This document shows, in pieces, positions 36,801-49,663 of a stretch of 64,000 nt of DNA. The notes under the pieces were generated by a model. That model searched no databases. It was not told where the DNA came from and saw only the letters and a program-made list of their open reading frames with translations. The stretch's first letter is position 1, and every line of letters starts with the position of its first letter. Both the position numbers and the translations under genes were made by a program. This DNA is from Asterias rubens (taxonomy: Eukaryota), in assembly GCF_902459465.1 (NCBI RefSeq), contig NC_047068.1:18042001-18106000 (forward strand), written 5' to 3'.

Positions 36801-39800
36801 CTTTTGGATATCAATAATGAATAAATAATAACAAAATTGGTGTGGGTTCAAGATCCTTGACCGAGAGATCCCGAAACCGTTTCACACAAACCTTCTGATA
36901 CATGAAACCCAATGGCAAAAAATCAAAGTTTTTTTTACAAAATGTCCAGCTTTCTAAATAAGACTTACAGGGTGTGATGGCCGAGCGGTTTTGAGCGTTT
37001 GATTCAAGGTCTGATGGTAAAGTCATTGGGTGTGTGTTCAAATCCCAGTCATGACACTTGTGTCTTATAATTGCTTCTCTTTACCAAGGGGTATATCGAG
37101 TTACTTTGTTTCTTTGCTGTGTTCTGGGAATTTCAGGAATACTATAGAGGATTTTAGGGGTGGGGTACCTTTGAAAAATGAAAATGGCCTCGCCCTCTCA
37201 AAGATGAAACTACATGCCTGTGAGAACTGTGATTTAGATTGACGTATGACCTTTGACCTGTAGTAATAACCTGACCTCACACTCTACACAGGTGTTTGCA
37301 GGTCTGATAACGCTGCGTAAGATCTGCAACCATCCTGACCTGGTGAGCGGCGGTCCGCGCATCATCAAAGGAGACACCAGCCTAGAGGCCGTGCAGGCAG
37401 CGAACGATCCTGCAATGCAGTATGGTTATTGGCAACGCTCCGGGAAGATGATCGTTATTAACTCGTTGCTGAAGCTATGGAGTAAGCAGAACCACAGGGT
37501 GTTGCTGTTCTCACAGAGTAAACAGGTTAGTGTCCAGGGTTGTCGATTCTGTTTTTGTCTTATCATTTTGTGATTGAACTGGGCTCATTTCATGGCTTTC
37601 ATAACTAAGTATAAGCACTTCCATTGCTTTTTCAGCGCTTGGAAACCTGGTATTNNNNNNNNNNNNNNNNNNNNNNNNNNNNNNNNNNNNNNNNNNNNNN
37701 NNNNNNNNNNNNNNNNNNNNNNNNNNNNNNNNNNNNNNNNNNNNNNNNNNNNNNNNNNNNNNNNNNNNNNNNNNNNNNNNNNNNNNGAGAAGACAACATT
37801 GTGGAGGCACAATCCTATTGAGCCAAGGCTTGTAGTGGAGTGCCTTGAGAAGCAAAAAGAAAAAAGAAAAGAAATACTTAACAAATTAATGAAATAGTTA
37901 CTTAAATAATTAATTAGCACAAGACAAAGATAAACTTATTGGGGACAAATGATCTGACAAGAAAAATGTTGAGATAAGTTATGACCATAGAGTTATATAT
38001 TTAAGAACTAGATGGCACACTGGTGATGCTGCGTGCACAAACGCGATGGGACCGCAAGGAGATGCATGAAACTTGACTGAGCGTTGACCTTGAAGACTTG
38101 AGACATGACATGCACTTGACCTTGGGGACCTTTGAACAAAATCATCCATTGTGACTCTAAAACTTCCTTGAATCATTTATGAAAAGAACCATTAAAAGCC
38201 TTATGTGTTGTACCTCACAAATCCTTCTATAATCACTTGGCTGGAGTGAAGGGTTCAGAAGGACTGAAGGCTGTAAGACCAACTCACATTCACTTATTAC
38301 TGAGTCAGGCAATCCAATATTATCCAAGTCCAAACATTGGGATGGAATTACATAGGAGAGCAAGATATTGGAGGACCGAGGCCACCTACATGTAAAGTCA
38401 AAGAGGACATGGGAATGAGGATTTAAGAAAATATTCAGATTGTAATGTTCTTGTTGTTTGTTTCTAAGATGCTGGACATTATTGAGGACTTTGTGAAGAA
38501 AACCTACACCTACATGAGGATGGATGGTACTACTCCAATCTCATCCAGACAGCCTTTGATACAGCAGTATAACAATGTAAGTCAATTCACATTCTGAATC
38601 TTTCACATTCTGTAGCTTTCACATTCTGTAGCTTTTGCATTATGATGCTTTCACATTCTGTAGCTTTCGCATTCTGTAGCTTGTGAAGTTCTACTCCCAT
38701 CTCAACCAAACAGCCTTTAAAACAACAGTATAACATTTTCCATCTCTTAAACAGGACCCATCAATCTTTGTCTTCTTGCTGACCACACGAGTAGGCGGCC
38801 TTGGTGTGAATCTGACCGGAGCTAACCGGGTGGTCATCTTTGACCCTGATTGGAACCCGAGCACGGACACCCAGGCCAGGGAACGGGCGTGGCGTATTGG
38901 CCAGACACGCCAAGTCACTATCTATCGGCTCATCACAGCTGGGGCAATAGAGGAGAAGATTTACCACAGGTACTAATTGCCCCACTGTTTTCTTTCTTTT
39001 ATCTGTCCGTCTTTAAAGCGGTGGCACTTAAAAAAAAATTAGCCTAACATCAACAGGCTACAAACGGCCACTTAAAGGTGAGGGCAACAATTAACTGCCA
39101 CCAGGGGCACGTTGCCACCTACTCCTGAGGCTGAAACAGGGTTACCCCCTTCACAGTCTGTAAGGGTGTAGGCATGGATATCATCCACTAGGATGCTGCT
39201 GACAGAGCTGGGGTTCGGTGACCTAGACTGCTTGGCCACGGCACGCTTAGAATTTAGTTGTTGAATTATTAAACCCTGTATGGTTACTGGGAAGCCAATA
39301 ACTAGTGGAACCTTCCCACATTTGTGTACTTCTTTGGGTTACTCCATCACTTAGTGGATGAAGTTGGGGCCTAGATTGCTACAGATTGTCATGGCCGAGC
39401 ATCAAATTCAAGTTCTGGTGGTTAAGTCATCGGGGTGTTGGTTCAAAGCCCTGTCCTGACACTTGTGTCCTTATGCAAAAGACACTTCACTATAATAGCT
39501 TCTCTTCACCCAGGGGTATAAATGGGTACATGTGTTGGTAGAAGTTGATAGTGTAATTGAAAAAGCCTTCAGCAGCTAGCAGCTTTATACTCCCCAGGGA
39601 GCTGAGATGGTTTAATGAATGATTTAAGGCCCAGTGACCAGGGGTAATAATGTGTGACAGACCTGAGCGCAATATAAGAAGCCGTTATTATTATTATTAT
39701 TATTAATGACAAGAGCACTTATGTAAAACACATTGATACATTATTGTAAAATGCACTATATAAGTATTATTACTTTTACAGATGTTCTTTTTTTAAGTTT

Positions 39801-42800
39801 AAGATTGTACTTATTATTTTTGCGACAGGCAAATCTTCAAGCAGTTCCTTACCAATCGTGTCTTAAAGGATCCTCGTCAACGTCGCTTCTTCAAATCCAA
39901 CGACCTCTTTGAACTTTTTACCTTGACTTCAGACAGCAACCAGCACGGCACGGAGACCAGCGCCATCTTTGCTGGCGTCGGCTCGGACGTCAAGGTCCCG
40001 ACAACTGCCCACAGACCAGCGAGGAAAAAGTCCATCGAGAGGAGAGTCAAGACAGAACTTCAGGGAAGGAAGGAAAGGAATGGAGTAAGGAGGATGGAAA
40101 ACCATGATTCCAAAATGGAAACTGGAGAGGTGAAAAGCGAAATTCAAAATGGTGTTTCGCCGGAAGATATTCCTGGATGCAGCAGGTCTGCGGAGAATGG
40201 TGTTGAATCGGAGGCAGGGATAACTTCAAGGAGTAATGGAAGGCAATCCTTGGATGTAGAGATGGGAGATCAGGCTGGAACGAGTAAAGGGGAGAAGAGC
40301 AATGCTGAGAGAAAGAGAAGGAAAAAGAAAAAGGATGCAAGTAAGTCAAACTTGGACATATTGATAACCATGTTAACCACTTTATGTCGGATAGCATGTT
40401 TATTTTCAAGTCTTTTATGGTCAGACTTGAGGCAGACATTTTGTAACGCTAGGAACAACTAAGGATTTCCATTAATATACCATGGCAGATTATCAGCCGT
40501 GTCTTATGGTCGGGGTCCTTAAAATCACAATGAGTGCCTAATCGGTTACACACAAATCTCGAAAATCACCAAAAAAAATCGCCATTGTTTTTTACTAATG
40601 TAGGCAAATTTTTGAAACGTGGTCACATGAGCAGGGTAGGTCTCTGTGTTTATCCAGCAATAAACCAATGACAGACAGACGGTGTGTGTAATGGTGTGTA
40701 ACTATTGAGGGATTTATTCAGTGCTATTCTGTCTTTTACAGGGCTTGATGGACATCGTATTGCTCACTTAGCCAAGCACACTGCATATCAACCCAAGTCG
40801 GAACACGGAGAGCCAAAGGATGAACAGAGCGATGCACAGAAAGATGACTATGTCCTCAGCAAACTATTCAAGAAATCAGGTTAGTTTACCTTTAACATCA
40901 ACCAACTCACAACCTACGTTCTTTCTCTCTCAACCTTTGAGCATTGAACAAACACTAAAGCAGGAGACCAAGCCTTCTCCAATGCGGGCCCGGCCCTGTG
41001 GAACTCTCTTTCTGATAGCAAACTCACTTGAATCATACTTATTTATGGGCATTTACATATTTCCTGGAAACTGCTATTGGTATACTATATTACTAACTTG
41101 ATGTCATGTGAAACTACCAGATACTTTAATAGATGTTAAATTTGCATTGGGGATAAAGAATATTTCATTTTGGTTTACCGGTATACATCGATGTATGTTA
41201 GCTCTGTATGCTCAGTACTTTCCCGAGTTCTGTGAAAAGAAATCACAGGCATATTACTCTGATGGGATTCAAAGCCACAACCTTTGCAACTCTAGAGCAG
41301 TGTCAAGATACTTTGTATGCAGAAAATAATCCATGCTAATATGCAGTGAGTTCACAATATCTGTGTCTTGTAAATCCCACTGGGATTTATCCCAGGGATG
41401 AGATTGTTCAGATTTCTGGCTGAATTCAGTCTTTTTTATGTCAGCCTGGTGAAGAAAATCAGACAATATTTTTCACAAAAAAAAAAAAAATCCTGCTTAT
41501 TGTCTACTTCTCTAGTGCTTTGGAGACTGTCTCCAAACACTCCTTGAAATCTATAACCCCAGGGGTTACCAAACTGTAGAAATGGCATCATTTCAACATA
41601 CCTTTGAATTTGCATCCAAGTTTCAGACTTTTTCGTTAGTAATGACTCTCACCCCTGAAATCCTTTTACTTTGAAGGAGTACACAGCGCCTTGCAGCATG
41701 ATAACATCATGGAGGCAGCTAGCCCTGATTATCTACTCGTAGAGGGAGAAGCAGAACGGGTTGCTAGGGATGCCGTCAAGGCCCTCAAAGATTCCAGACG
41801 TCACTGCCATCGAGCCACCTCAGGGTTACCTACATGGACTGGATCTGGAGCCTCTGGAGGCACCACAACCCCGCCTAAGAAGTAAATTGTTGTCTTTATT
41901 TCTGTCATTAATTTGGTTTTTTTAAACAAAAATAAAACTATTTTTTAATCTTATGAACATCTTGATCAGCTCAATGAAATTGGGCCATTTGCTCGATTTC
42001 ACAAAGCACTGAGGTTCATCTTAAGATGAGTTCTCAAAATCATCACTCAGGATTTTAGCAACTAAGATTGAAGCACAGTTAATCAATCAATCTTAGATTT
42101 TCGTGAAATTGGCTCCAGAAATATCTTCGTACACCCCTTCTATTGCAATGACTGTACTCTATGTAGGTTCTTTTACCTGCATTTTACAAAACACAAGAAT
42201 TGCAGCATTAGATCCCATCCAAAGTGTTCTTGAAATGTAATGTTTCCTTATTATTTGTTTTCATCCCCAATTAATGTAGGTTTTCACTTTTGTTTTGTGT
42301 TGTGGAAACAGAGAAACAAAAAAAACGTACTAACTGAGATTTGATTTTGTAATGTGTCACTCAATGTTACTGGTGATAGTTCTTTGCAGAATCCACGATA
42401 AATAACTGGAACGAATTGCCAATTTATTTGTTCTTTTTTAATAATTTATTTTGCTATACAGACCAAGGTTTGGGCAGAAGTCAAACAACAAAGTAGCTGG
42501 TTTGCTCGGTGGCAGTAAGCTGTTACAAGGAAAGATCAAAAAGCAGGTAAAATATTTTATTGTCATTAAGTCTGTTTCTCTTATCTTTATACTGTGTAGA
42601 ATGATAGCACAAACAATATATTGCACACTAAATATCCTTGTAGCTAGATGAAGGCGCTTTACAACATAATTATTAAGTAGGATTTGAAACTTTGCTGGGT
42701 GGAAATAAAATATAGTAAAGGTTTGTGGTACCGCCATCTAATTACAACCTTTAAATGAGTTGAGGTGGTTCTGAAAAGAACCATTGGTTTTAACTAGATG

Positions 42801-43688
42801 TTTCGATCGGTATGTTCTGGTCGTCTTCTGGAGAAACCAATTCCTTTCAGAACCACCCCAACTCGTTTAGAGGTTATCATTCCATGATGTTACCGCAAAC
42901 CTTTACTGTATAATTATCCCTTTTCATCGGGTATACTACAAGTATACCCGATATGAAAAGGGATAATTATACAGTAAAGGTTTGCGGTAAAACCATGTAA
43001 TGACAATTTTTAAGCCCTTCCTTTAACTTGGTCAACTCCCAGGGACCATACAAACCCTAGCTTAAATTAGTGCTAAGGGTTTTACTCAAAAACAACCAGC
43101 CTTTTCAGGTTCCCAATTATACTCCTTGGTAAAGAGAAGCAATTACGGTCAAGTACCTTGCTTCAAGTGTCATGATTTGGAATCAAACCCCTCTTCCAAT
43201 GATTTAGCAACTGAAACTTGATCAATATTATTATACTTCTGCCATGTATGAAATTAACCTGTTTTTGTTTTGTTTTTGTTTTTACTAAGCAGAAGCCGAT
43301 ATCTGTCCCAAAGCCAACACACTTCTCCGGTAAGGAGTTGATAGAAACTGCAGCATCACAGAACAGTACCAAGACCACGGCCCTTCCATCTTCAGGATCC
43401 CTCCTAGCTCAGATACGGAAGCGCAACAATGTCTCCGCCACGGATACAGACAATCAGACATCTGTTGTCCTCCCGCAGCATGATCTTCTCGTGGACATTC
43501 GGGACTTTGTGTCCTTCCAGGCAGAGACCAATGGCCAGGCGACAACGAATGAGATCCTTCACAAGTTCAGGGGAAAGCTTCCATCGAATGATTCGGCGTT
43601 GTTTAAGTCCATGCTGACTGAGATATGTGTGTTCCAGAGAGTGAACGGTGGAGAGGGATTGTGGAAACTCAAGGAGGACTTTCGTTGA
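27849..43688 (+). CDS. ERCC6: DNA excision repair protein ERCC-6 / CSB (SWI2/SNF2 ATPase), about 1489 aa
   Basis: 20 exons: 27849-27945, 28267-28660, 29139-29271, 29840-29936, 30327-30983, 31410-31617, 32337-32474, 33102-33254, 33840-33975, 34534-34704, 35521-35697, 36381-36593, 37292-37525, 38469-38576, 38755-38969, 39829-40340, 40742-40879, 41677-41881, 42462-42546, 43290(or 43293, NAGNAG)-43688; 4470 nt, all phases consistent. Motifs: [53 protein letters not shown]-specific [14 protein letters not shown]-interaction-like [13 protein letters not shown] and the C-terminal winged helix. Confidence 0.98.
33620..33810 (-). mobile_element. tRNA-derived SINE, second family
   Basis: Reverse strand GGTTGGTGTAGTGG (A box) ... 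GGTTCGAATCCC (B box), followed by an unrelated body. Confidence 0.6.
34712..35095 (+). mobile_element. tRNA-derived SINE, main family (near full length)
   Basis: tRNA-like head (CTCTGGTGTTTCTGATCAGCAGAGTGTG..), central GACACT.GTGTCCTTAAGCAAGACACT block, GAAGGGGTTCGCCCCGGTG and ATT-rich tail. Other copies or fragments near 27361, 31060, 31990(-), 32720, 32900(-), 35280(-), 36970, 39390, 43130(-), 53230(-), 53930(-), 57235, 62999. Confidence 0.85.
37655..37786. other. Assembly gap (132 N) in ERCC6 intron 13
   Basis: Run of N; flanking exons join as FSQSKQ|MLDIIE, so no coding sequence appears to be missing. Confidence 0.99.
38585..38683. repeat. About 16-bp minisatellite (TTTCACATTCTGTAGC), about 5 degenerate units
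   Basis: Read directly in ERCC6 intron 14. Confidence 0.85.
40945..41020 (+). mobile_element. L2-group LINE C-terminal relic
   Basis: [20 protein letters not shown]. Similar relics at about 34000-34110 (+), 38200-38370 (-) and 60600-60850 (+, WGDRSFSSAALHIWNSL..FKSLVK). Confidence 0.65.
42792..42835 (-). ncRNA. Degenerate hammerhead-ribozyme-like motif inside a palindromic repeat
   Basis: Minus strand TTCTC-CAGAAGA-C-GACCAG-AACATA-CCGATC-GAAACATC. Same family as 56709-56750, with CUGA mutated to CAGA. Confidence 0.45.
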
Positions 43689-43872
43689 TGTCGGACTTTG
43701 TGACTTTCCAAGTAGAAACCAACGGCCAGGCGAAAAAAAATAAGACCCTTCACAAAGTTCATGAAAAAGCTTCCGCCGAATGATTCAGCAGTGTTTAAGT
43801 GCATGCTGACTGAGATCTGTGTGAGTAAACGGCGGAGAGGGATTTTGGAAACTCCAGGAGAAGTTCCACTAA
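43689..43872 (+). pseudogene. Decayed tandem duplicate of the last about 65 ERCC6 codons (winged-helix domain) in the 3'UTR
   Basis: Copy of 43491-43688 reading DFVTFQVETNGQA..LHK / KLPPNDSAVFKCMLTEIC / VNGGEGFWKLQEKFH* across frameshifts. Confidence 0.9.
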
Positions 43873-43891
43873 TGAGGTACATGACTCATTC

Positions 43892-43897
43892 AATAAA
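43892..43897 (+). terminator. Candidate ERCC6 polyadenylation signal
   Basis: AATAAA about 200 nt after the stop, just after the duplicate. Confidence 0.5.
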
Positions 43898-46449
43898 TTT
43901 GCATCCTTGGGTTCGGTTTTATAGATCAATCTAGTTGGACAGTTTTCAACCAGAACCCCAAATGAGTTGATGTTGAGAGCAAAATATTGGATTTAAAGAG
44001 AAGGTATTTGTTGGTAATCACTCTTTAAGTGAATTGCAATAATAATCCTTGGTTAAAAGCCTACAGCAGCATTTGTTGGTATAAGGCATTTTGAGAAACA
44101 TTTTGGTTCAAAGCAATGTTGTAATATAAAAAGATACAGTTTTTATGGCCCAAAATTTGAATCTGAGAAGCGTTACCATGTAACTTTTCTAAGATTTTGT
44201 ATTCCTATTGCGGATTATTCTTCCCGCGTGAGATATCTGCGCGACTGATTTTTGAAACGAAATGTTTAGATGTTAGTCTTATTGTATACATCTACATTTA
44301 TATAGCATCAAAACAATAGAATGGTTCCAAAAACCAAGGGTATACTTTGCCTTTAATATCTGTGCTAAGAAGTCAGGGAAAACTTTTGCATTTGGAGGAA
44401 GAAAATAGATGCAATGATTGTACCAAAATAAACTCAGGTTTATCAATCTTAATGACCAATATTTTTTTCATGGCTTTGTACTTTGAGAATTATTTTAAGG
44501 AAAGTCAACCCAAGTTAATAAATTTATTATTGCAAGGAAATGTTTACTGTGGGCAATACTTAGTAAAACCAATATTTTAGTCTGTTAAAAAATATGAATA
44601 ATTACTGAACTGTGATACTGGAATTGTTTATTCTTTGGTGTAGTGGAAAACTTAGAGAAGATTTGACATTGAGTTTAACAAATTATCAGAATTTTAAACA
44701 TGGCGGAATAGTTCTCATCTTAGATATCTGCTTAGCACGTTTACACGGGTAACCAGACAAAACTCACAAGCTTTCAGCACCTTAAGGAGAATCCTTGTTA
44801 AGCGATTTTGTCAGTTAACTGACTTTCCTGCCTGTTAAATAGACTGATTTGTGTGAGTTGCAATTTTCTGATGAGTTTTGTTTATTTATTGCCTCAATGT
44901 AAACATTTGTCCTACTTTAGTTATTACTGTGGGTTGACATTTCCTTTCATAATCAGGTATTTAATGATTTTTAATGGTTTTTGATAGAATCATGAATAAA
45001 ATTGGTGTGATGCTGAAAGAATTGTTTTTTTTTATAAGTATCTGTTTTGAGTTTTAGTTTGTTATTGTTGTTACTTAAAGACACTGGACACTATTAGTAA
45101 TTGTCAAAGACTAGCCTTTGCAGTTGGTAATCTCAACATATGCATAAATAACAATCCTGTGAAAATTTGAGCTTAATCGGTCATCGAAGTTGCGAGATAA
45201 TAATGAAAGAAAAAACACCCTTGTCACACGAAGTTGTGTGCTTTCAGATGCTTGATTTAGAGACCTCAAATTCTAAATCTGAGGTCTCGAAATCAAATGA
45301 TTTCTTTCTCGAAACTATATTACTTCAGAGGGAGCCGTTTCTCACAATGTTTTATACTATCAACCTCTCCCATTACTCGTTACCAAGTAAGGTTTTATGC
45401 TAATTATTTTGAGTAACTACCTATAGTGTCCACTGCCTATAAGTGTTTAACGTTTCATGAATTATAAGCAACGGTTTGACTTTATGTTTAGACATTGTTG
45501 GGCGAGGCTTTGGATGTTTTGTTTTCGATGTGACTATATAGGAATTTGTTTGTTTTGTTTCAGGATATTTCAAGACACTTGCCACTATGACAGCAATAAC
45601 TCTATTGAAATCTTTAAAGGACATAAACAATAGTAGGCGCCTAAATGCTCAAAAGAAAGAACACTTCGAGTTGTGTTCATAGATTTTTGTTTTCTTATCG
45701 TTTTTGTTTTTATTTATGTGTTTTGTTCAATTACATGCCAACTCTTATTTTAAATATAGGTGATAGGCCAAATATTTGCAAAGTCAAGTTGAAGAATCAT
45801 AATTGCGGTTTAGCAATTAACACTCCTTTATTTCATCGATAACGATTTTACCGTTTTTATTTACCCAAAACTCCAGTATAGTTTTCTAGCAAAGATTCCT
45901 TTGCACCATGCTCTAACTTATTTATTGTGTAACCATATTACTGATATCATCCTAAATAGTTAAACTTTAATAAACCCCATTGAATAATTATGTTTGCACA
46001 TTTAATAATCCACGCAGGGCAAAACATTGGATTTTTTTAATAACACCATTCCATACGTGTGATTCGGCCAACCCTTGAATGAGCTCATTGTTTACAAAAG
46101 TTTAATATTAACCGTAAACAAACAATGAATGCATACCGGGCTGTGCCAGTCTAACCCTGGCAGTGCATTTTGTGCACACTATTAAAAAATGTCGTCTGCC
46201 AATTCCCGCCCAATGTAAATTCACCCCGGAAATCCAACCCTCCTATTGGTCAACTGAAATAGATAACGGTTCGTTCAGACAGTAAAAAGCGTCGGTTGTA
46301 TGAAACGCAAAGTCCAAAGGGTACATTTTATATTTGTTTTCCACAACCTAGCGCCATTTTGTTGCTTATTTTTCTCCAACAACAGTCGTGTCAAAGTGAT
46401 TTTAGAGGGTAAATCTGCGCCATATTTTGAGGTTTTAAACTCGTCCAAA

Positions 46450-49400
46450 ATGAGCGGTCGGGAAGTTGGAAAGCATGATTTGGATGTTGAGGATGAAGAG
46501 CGGGAAATAACTACTTTTGAGAAGTATGTCCAGTCAACTTTTGCCGAGTTGGTTGGCACGATGTTCTTTACATTCATCGCTTGCCTGGTGGTCACATCGC
46601 AGGATGTTGTAGCTATTGCATTCGCAGAGGGACTGGCCATGGCCCTTCTCTGCTCAGCCTTCCTAAACATCAGGTTTGATACGAATATCCTTTGTATTTT
46701 AGCTTAATTTCAAGAGAAGTAAATTACCTCCTTATTACAGATACTTTCTAAAAAGTCTGATAAATCATTGTAACACCAACTTATTCACTAAAAATTACTT
46801 CAGTTTTCTGTTTACTTATGTTTTTTCAAATTCTAGAGTTTGTAGTTCTTCCATTGTAGAATCATTGTCCATTTTATTATTTAGCTTGACTTGACGAAAT
46901 AAGTTAACATTAAAAAACAAAATAACAGTAACGCTTCTCATAATCAAATTTTGGAGCATACAAAAATGATGTTTTCTGCCATAAACACATCAGCCTAATT
47001 CGAGGTGAAATGTTTCTTAAATTGCTATATAAAACCTACCATCGAAAGCTGCTGTGGGCTTCTTACCAATTGGCAAACAGTTTACCGTGATTACCGAACG
47101 AATACGTTCTCTTTGAAGTAAACTGATTTACTTCATTGACATACAATAAGGGTGTGCTCAATGAATGTTATACTGCGAAAAGTATCCAGTTACGTAATAA
47201 AGCATTCCAACTATGGGAGATTCAGTACAGTAGGCCGTCTTAATTAAATACATTTTATTGCATCACAGTATACAGTCTAAAGTCTTTCTCTTTAAAAAAG
47301 AGAAACTCCGTGTGTCATTGTGTATTTCCATTAAGAAGAGACCATTTTCTAAACGCCTTGGTTTTTTTCTGATTTGGCGGCAGCGGTGGGATATTCAACC
47401 CAACGTTGACGTTCGCAGTGTGTCTCTCAGGAGGCATCAGCCCTCTGCTGGCTGTGCTCTACTTCTGTGTGCAGATATGCGGCGGCTTGTTGGGAGCAGC
47501 TTTCGTCAAGGTAAGCCAGTTTGTAACTTGTTTTTCATGTGTCATAATATTACAGATAAGCAAAAAACTGTAATCGTACTTACTTACTTACTTACATACT
47601 TACTTATGACTGGTAGGTTAAATTTATAGATTAAAGCCTTTGAGGTCAACCCCATATCCATTTTGTTTTCTCCAGAACTTGTATTCTTTCTAAAAAATGT
47701 CCGTATCCTGCCACCACGATTTCATTCGTTAGTATGAAACAAATTCTATTTTACTCAAATGAGATAGTCCTGTTTCTCTTGGTAAAATATTAGTGAAAAA
47801 GTAGTCGCAGGGTACGGAAATCTTTCCCTTTTTCTTTGAACTAGTGTTGCGTTTGTTGTTTTCACATTTTCGGGAACATTGTTCCGCAATTCAACAACTC
47901 GTTTGGACTGGGAGAAGAAGTTTTGTTGTCCCTTGTTGATCCTTTGTTTTGTAAAAAAAAATCCGTATCCTGCCACCTCTTTTTTATTTTTTTTTATTTT
48001 TTTTATTAAATAAATAAACCCAAACGAGATTTTCTTTTTTTTATAAGCTGGTGGCAATTAATTTACGAAAATCTTTCCGCTTTTTGAATAGCTTGAAATT
48101 GTGTCCCCTGTGCTTGTTTTTATTATTTTATTTTTTGAGACATTGTGAAAAGCTCGTTTGGTTGCTTACCATGACAGCTCTTTTTAAGGAAGTACATTCA
48201 TCAATACTATTGAGAATTTAATTGTGTGATGTTTTTTCTCCGTCAGGCCGTCCTTCTCCAAGATTCATACAGTGACATTCGCGGAGGTTGCAACAAGTTC
48301 CGTGGTAGCGTACCTTACGATAAGTACGACTCGCTCCATGAGCTGGGTGTATCTCCTGGTACAGCGGTCATCATTGAGGCTCTGCTGTCTCTGTTTGTCT
48401 ACATGTCTTATCTTCAGGCTAACATGGATAACAGAGGCAAGCACCTTACGGGACCACTGGCTTATGGGTTCTCCATCACTGTCGGCATCTTGACTGGGTG
48501 AGTTGGGTCAATCTAATGTGGTTTCACTGTCCTTGCATTTGCTGTGGTAACAGATGGGGGAATGTTGTGATTCTAGTTCTCAAAAAGTTTGGGTTTGAAG
48601 ACAAATTGACTGGAGCGAGACTTGAACCAACGACCTCCGGATTAACGTAGGCCCTACCGGCGCTCTACCAACTGAGCTTTCCAGCGCTATCTTGGTGGTC
48701 TCCATCTGTGTTTGGGGTGTCAGTTGGAAGTCATTTAACCATTAGATGCCTGTCGCCAGGGGCGGGTTTCACTGTCTTTTCTCGAGTTAGGACAAGTCAC
48801 TCGTCTTAACTCAGGACTAGCCCAGGGACCACACCCAAATTTGCGATACAACGTGGGAAACGACAAAATAAAACATAATGAAATCGTCCACGTATAACAC
48901 AGTTATTGAAATAATAATGGTAAAATACTATGGCTTTTCTTATTGGACTGCTTGTGTAAAAAGAAAAGACTTTTTGGCGGCTATTAGAAATTTAGAATTT
49001 ATGTTTTTATATGTGTAAACTTATCCTGGCAGTTCTGTCTCTTAACCAAAATAGTCCCCATGCGCCTATTGGGTGAAAAATAATGTTTGTTGTACATTGA
49101 ATAATTAATACTTTGCTGATTGGAGAATTTGATTAATTTGATTCCAGAATGCACTCCTCCGGTGCCTCCTTCAACCCTGCCCGGAGTTTCGGACCAGCCG
49201 TTGCATCCGGTTATTGGGATGAACATTACATCTACTGGGCCGGACCAACCATCGGTGGCCTATTAGCCGGAACATTCTACAGGTTAGTAAAACAAAAGTA
49301 TTATTTTTTTTCTCTTAAAGGCACTGGACACCTTTGGTAATTGTAAAAGGCCAGTATTGTTACTTGTTTTATCCCAACATAAATATACATAAAGTAACAA

Positions 49401-49663
49401 ATCTGTGAATAATTTTGCCCAATTGGTCATCGAAGTTACAATAGAGTAATGAACGAAAATATACCCTCGATTCACAAATTTTAATGAATGCCTGAGAAAA
49501 GCTTCAGGCCTGAAGTCTTTCTCATATCCAAATATTTTAGTTAGTAATTACCTTTCCGTTTAGTTTACTTTATCTTTGAATATTTTTAATTCACGTCCAA
49601 ATTCTTCTTCATCGTAGATTCATTCTCGGTGACAGCAACAAGCGGCTCATCATGAGAGACTGA
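46450..49663 (+). CDS. AQP8: Aquaporin-8-like MIP channel, 260 aa
   Basis: Exons 46450-46673, 47384-47510, 48247-48497, 49148-49282, 49618-49663 = 783 nt. [40 protein letters not shown] and the AQP8-type C-terminus [20 protein letters not shown] at 49780. AQP8 is a subfamily call, not proven orthology. Confidence 0.95.
48607..48686 (-). repeat. tRNA-Asn-like sequence inside a dispersed repeat (decayed copy)
   Basis: Minus strand AGCTCAGTTGGTAGAGCGCCGG..ACGTTAATCCGGAGGTCGTTGGTTCAAGTC with an insertion in the anticodon arm; flanks shared with 58109-58181. Confidence 0.7.

Noticed and set aside
37655-37786. ERCC6 exon hidden in the N gap
   Set aside because: Exons 13 and 14 join in phase with the expected CSB sequence.
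46300-46449. 50-aa N-terminal extension of the aquaporin from an upstream in-frame ATG
   Set aside because: The sequence is not MIP-like and overlaps promoter-like motifs (ATTGG, CGCCATTTT); probably upstream of the start site, but not excluded.
46684-46692. U12-type ATATCCTTT donor in aquaporin intron 1
   Set aside because: Using it would insert residues into NIS-GG, and the intron ends in AG; the GT donor at 46674 gives the correct frame.
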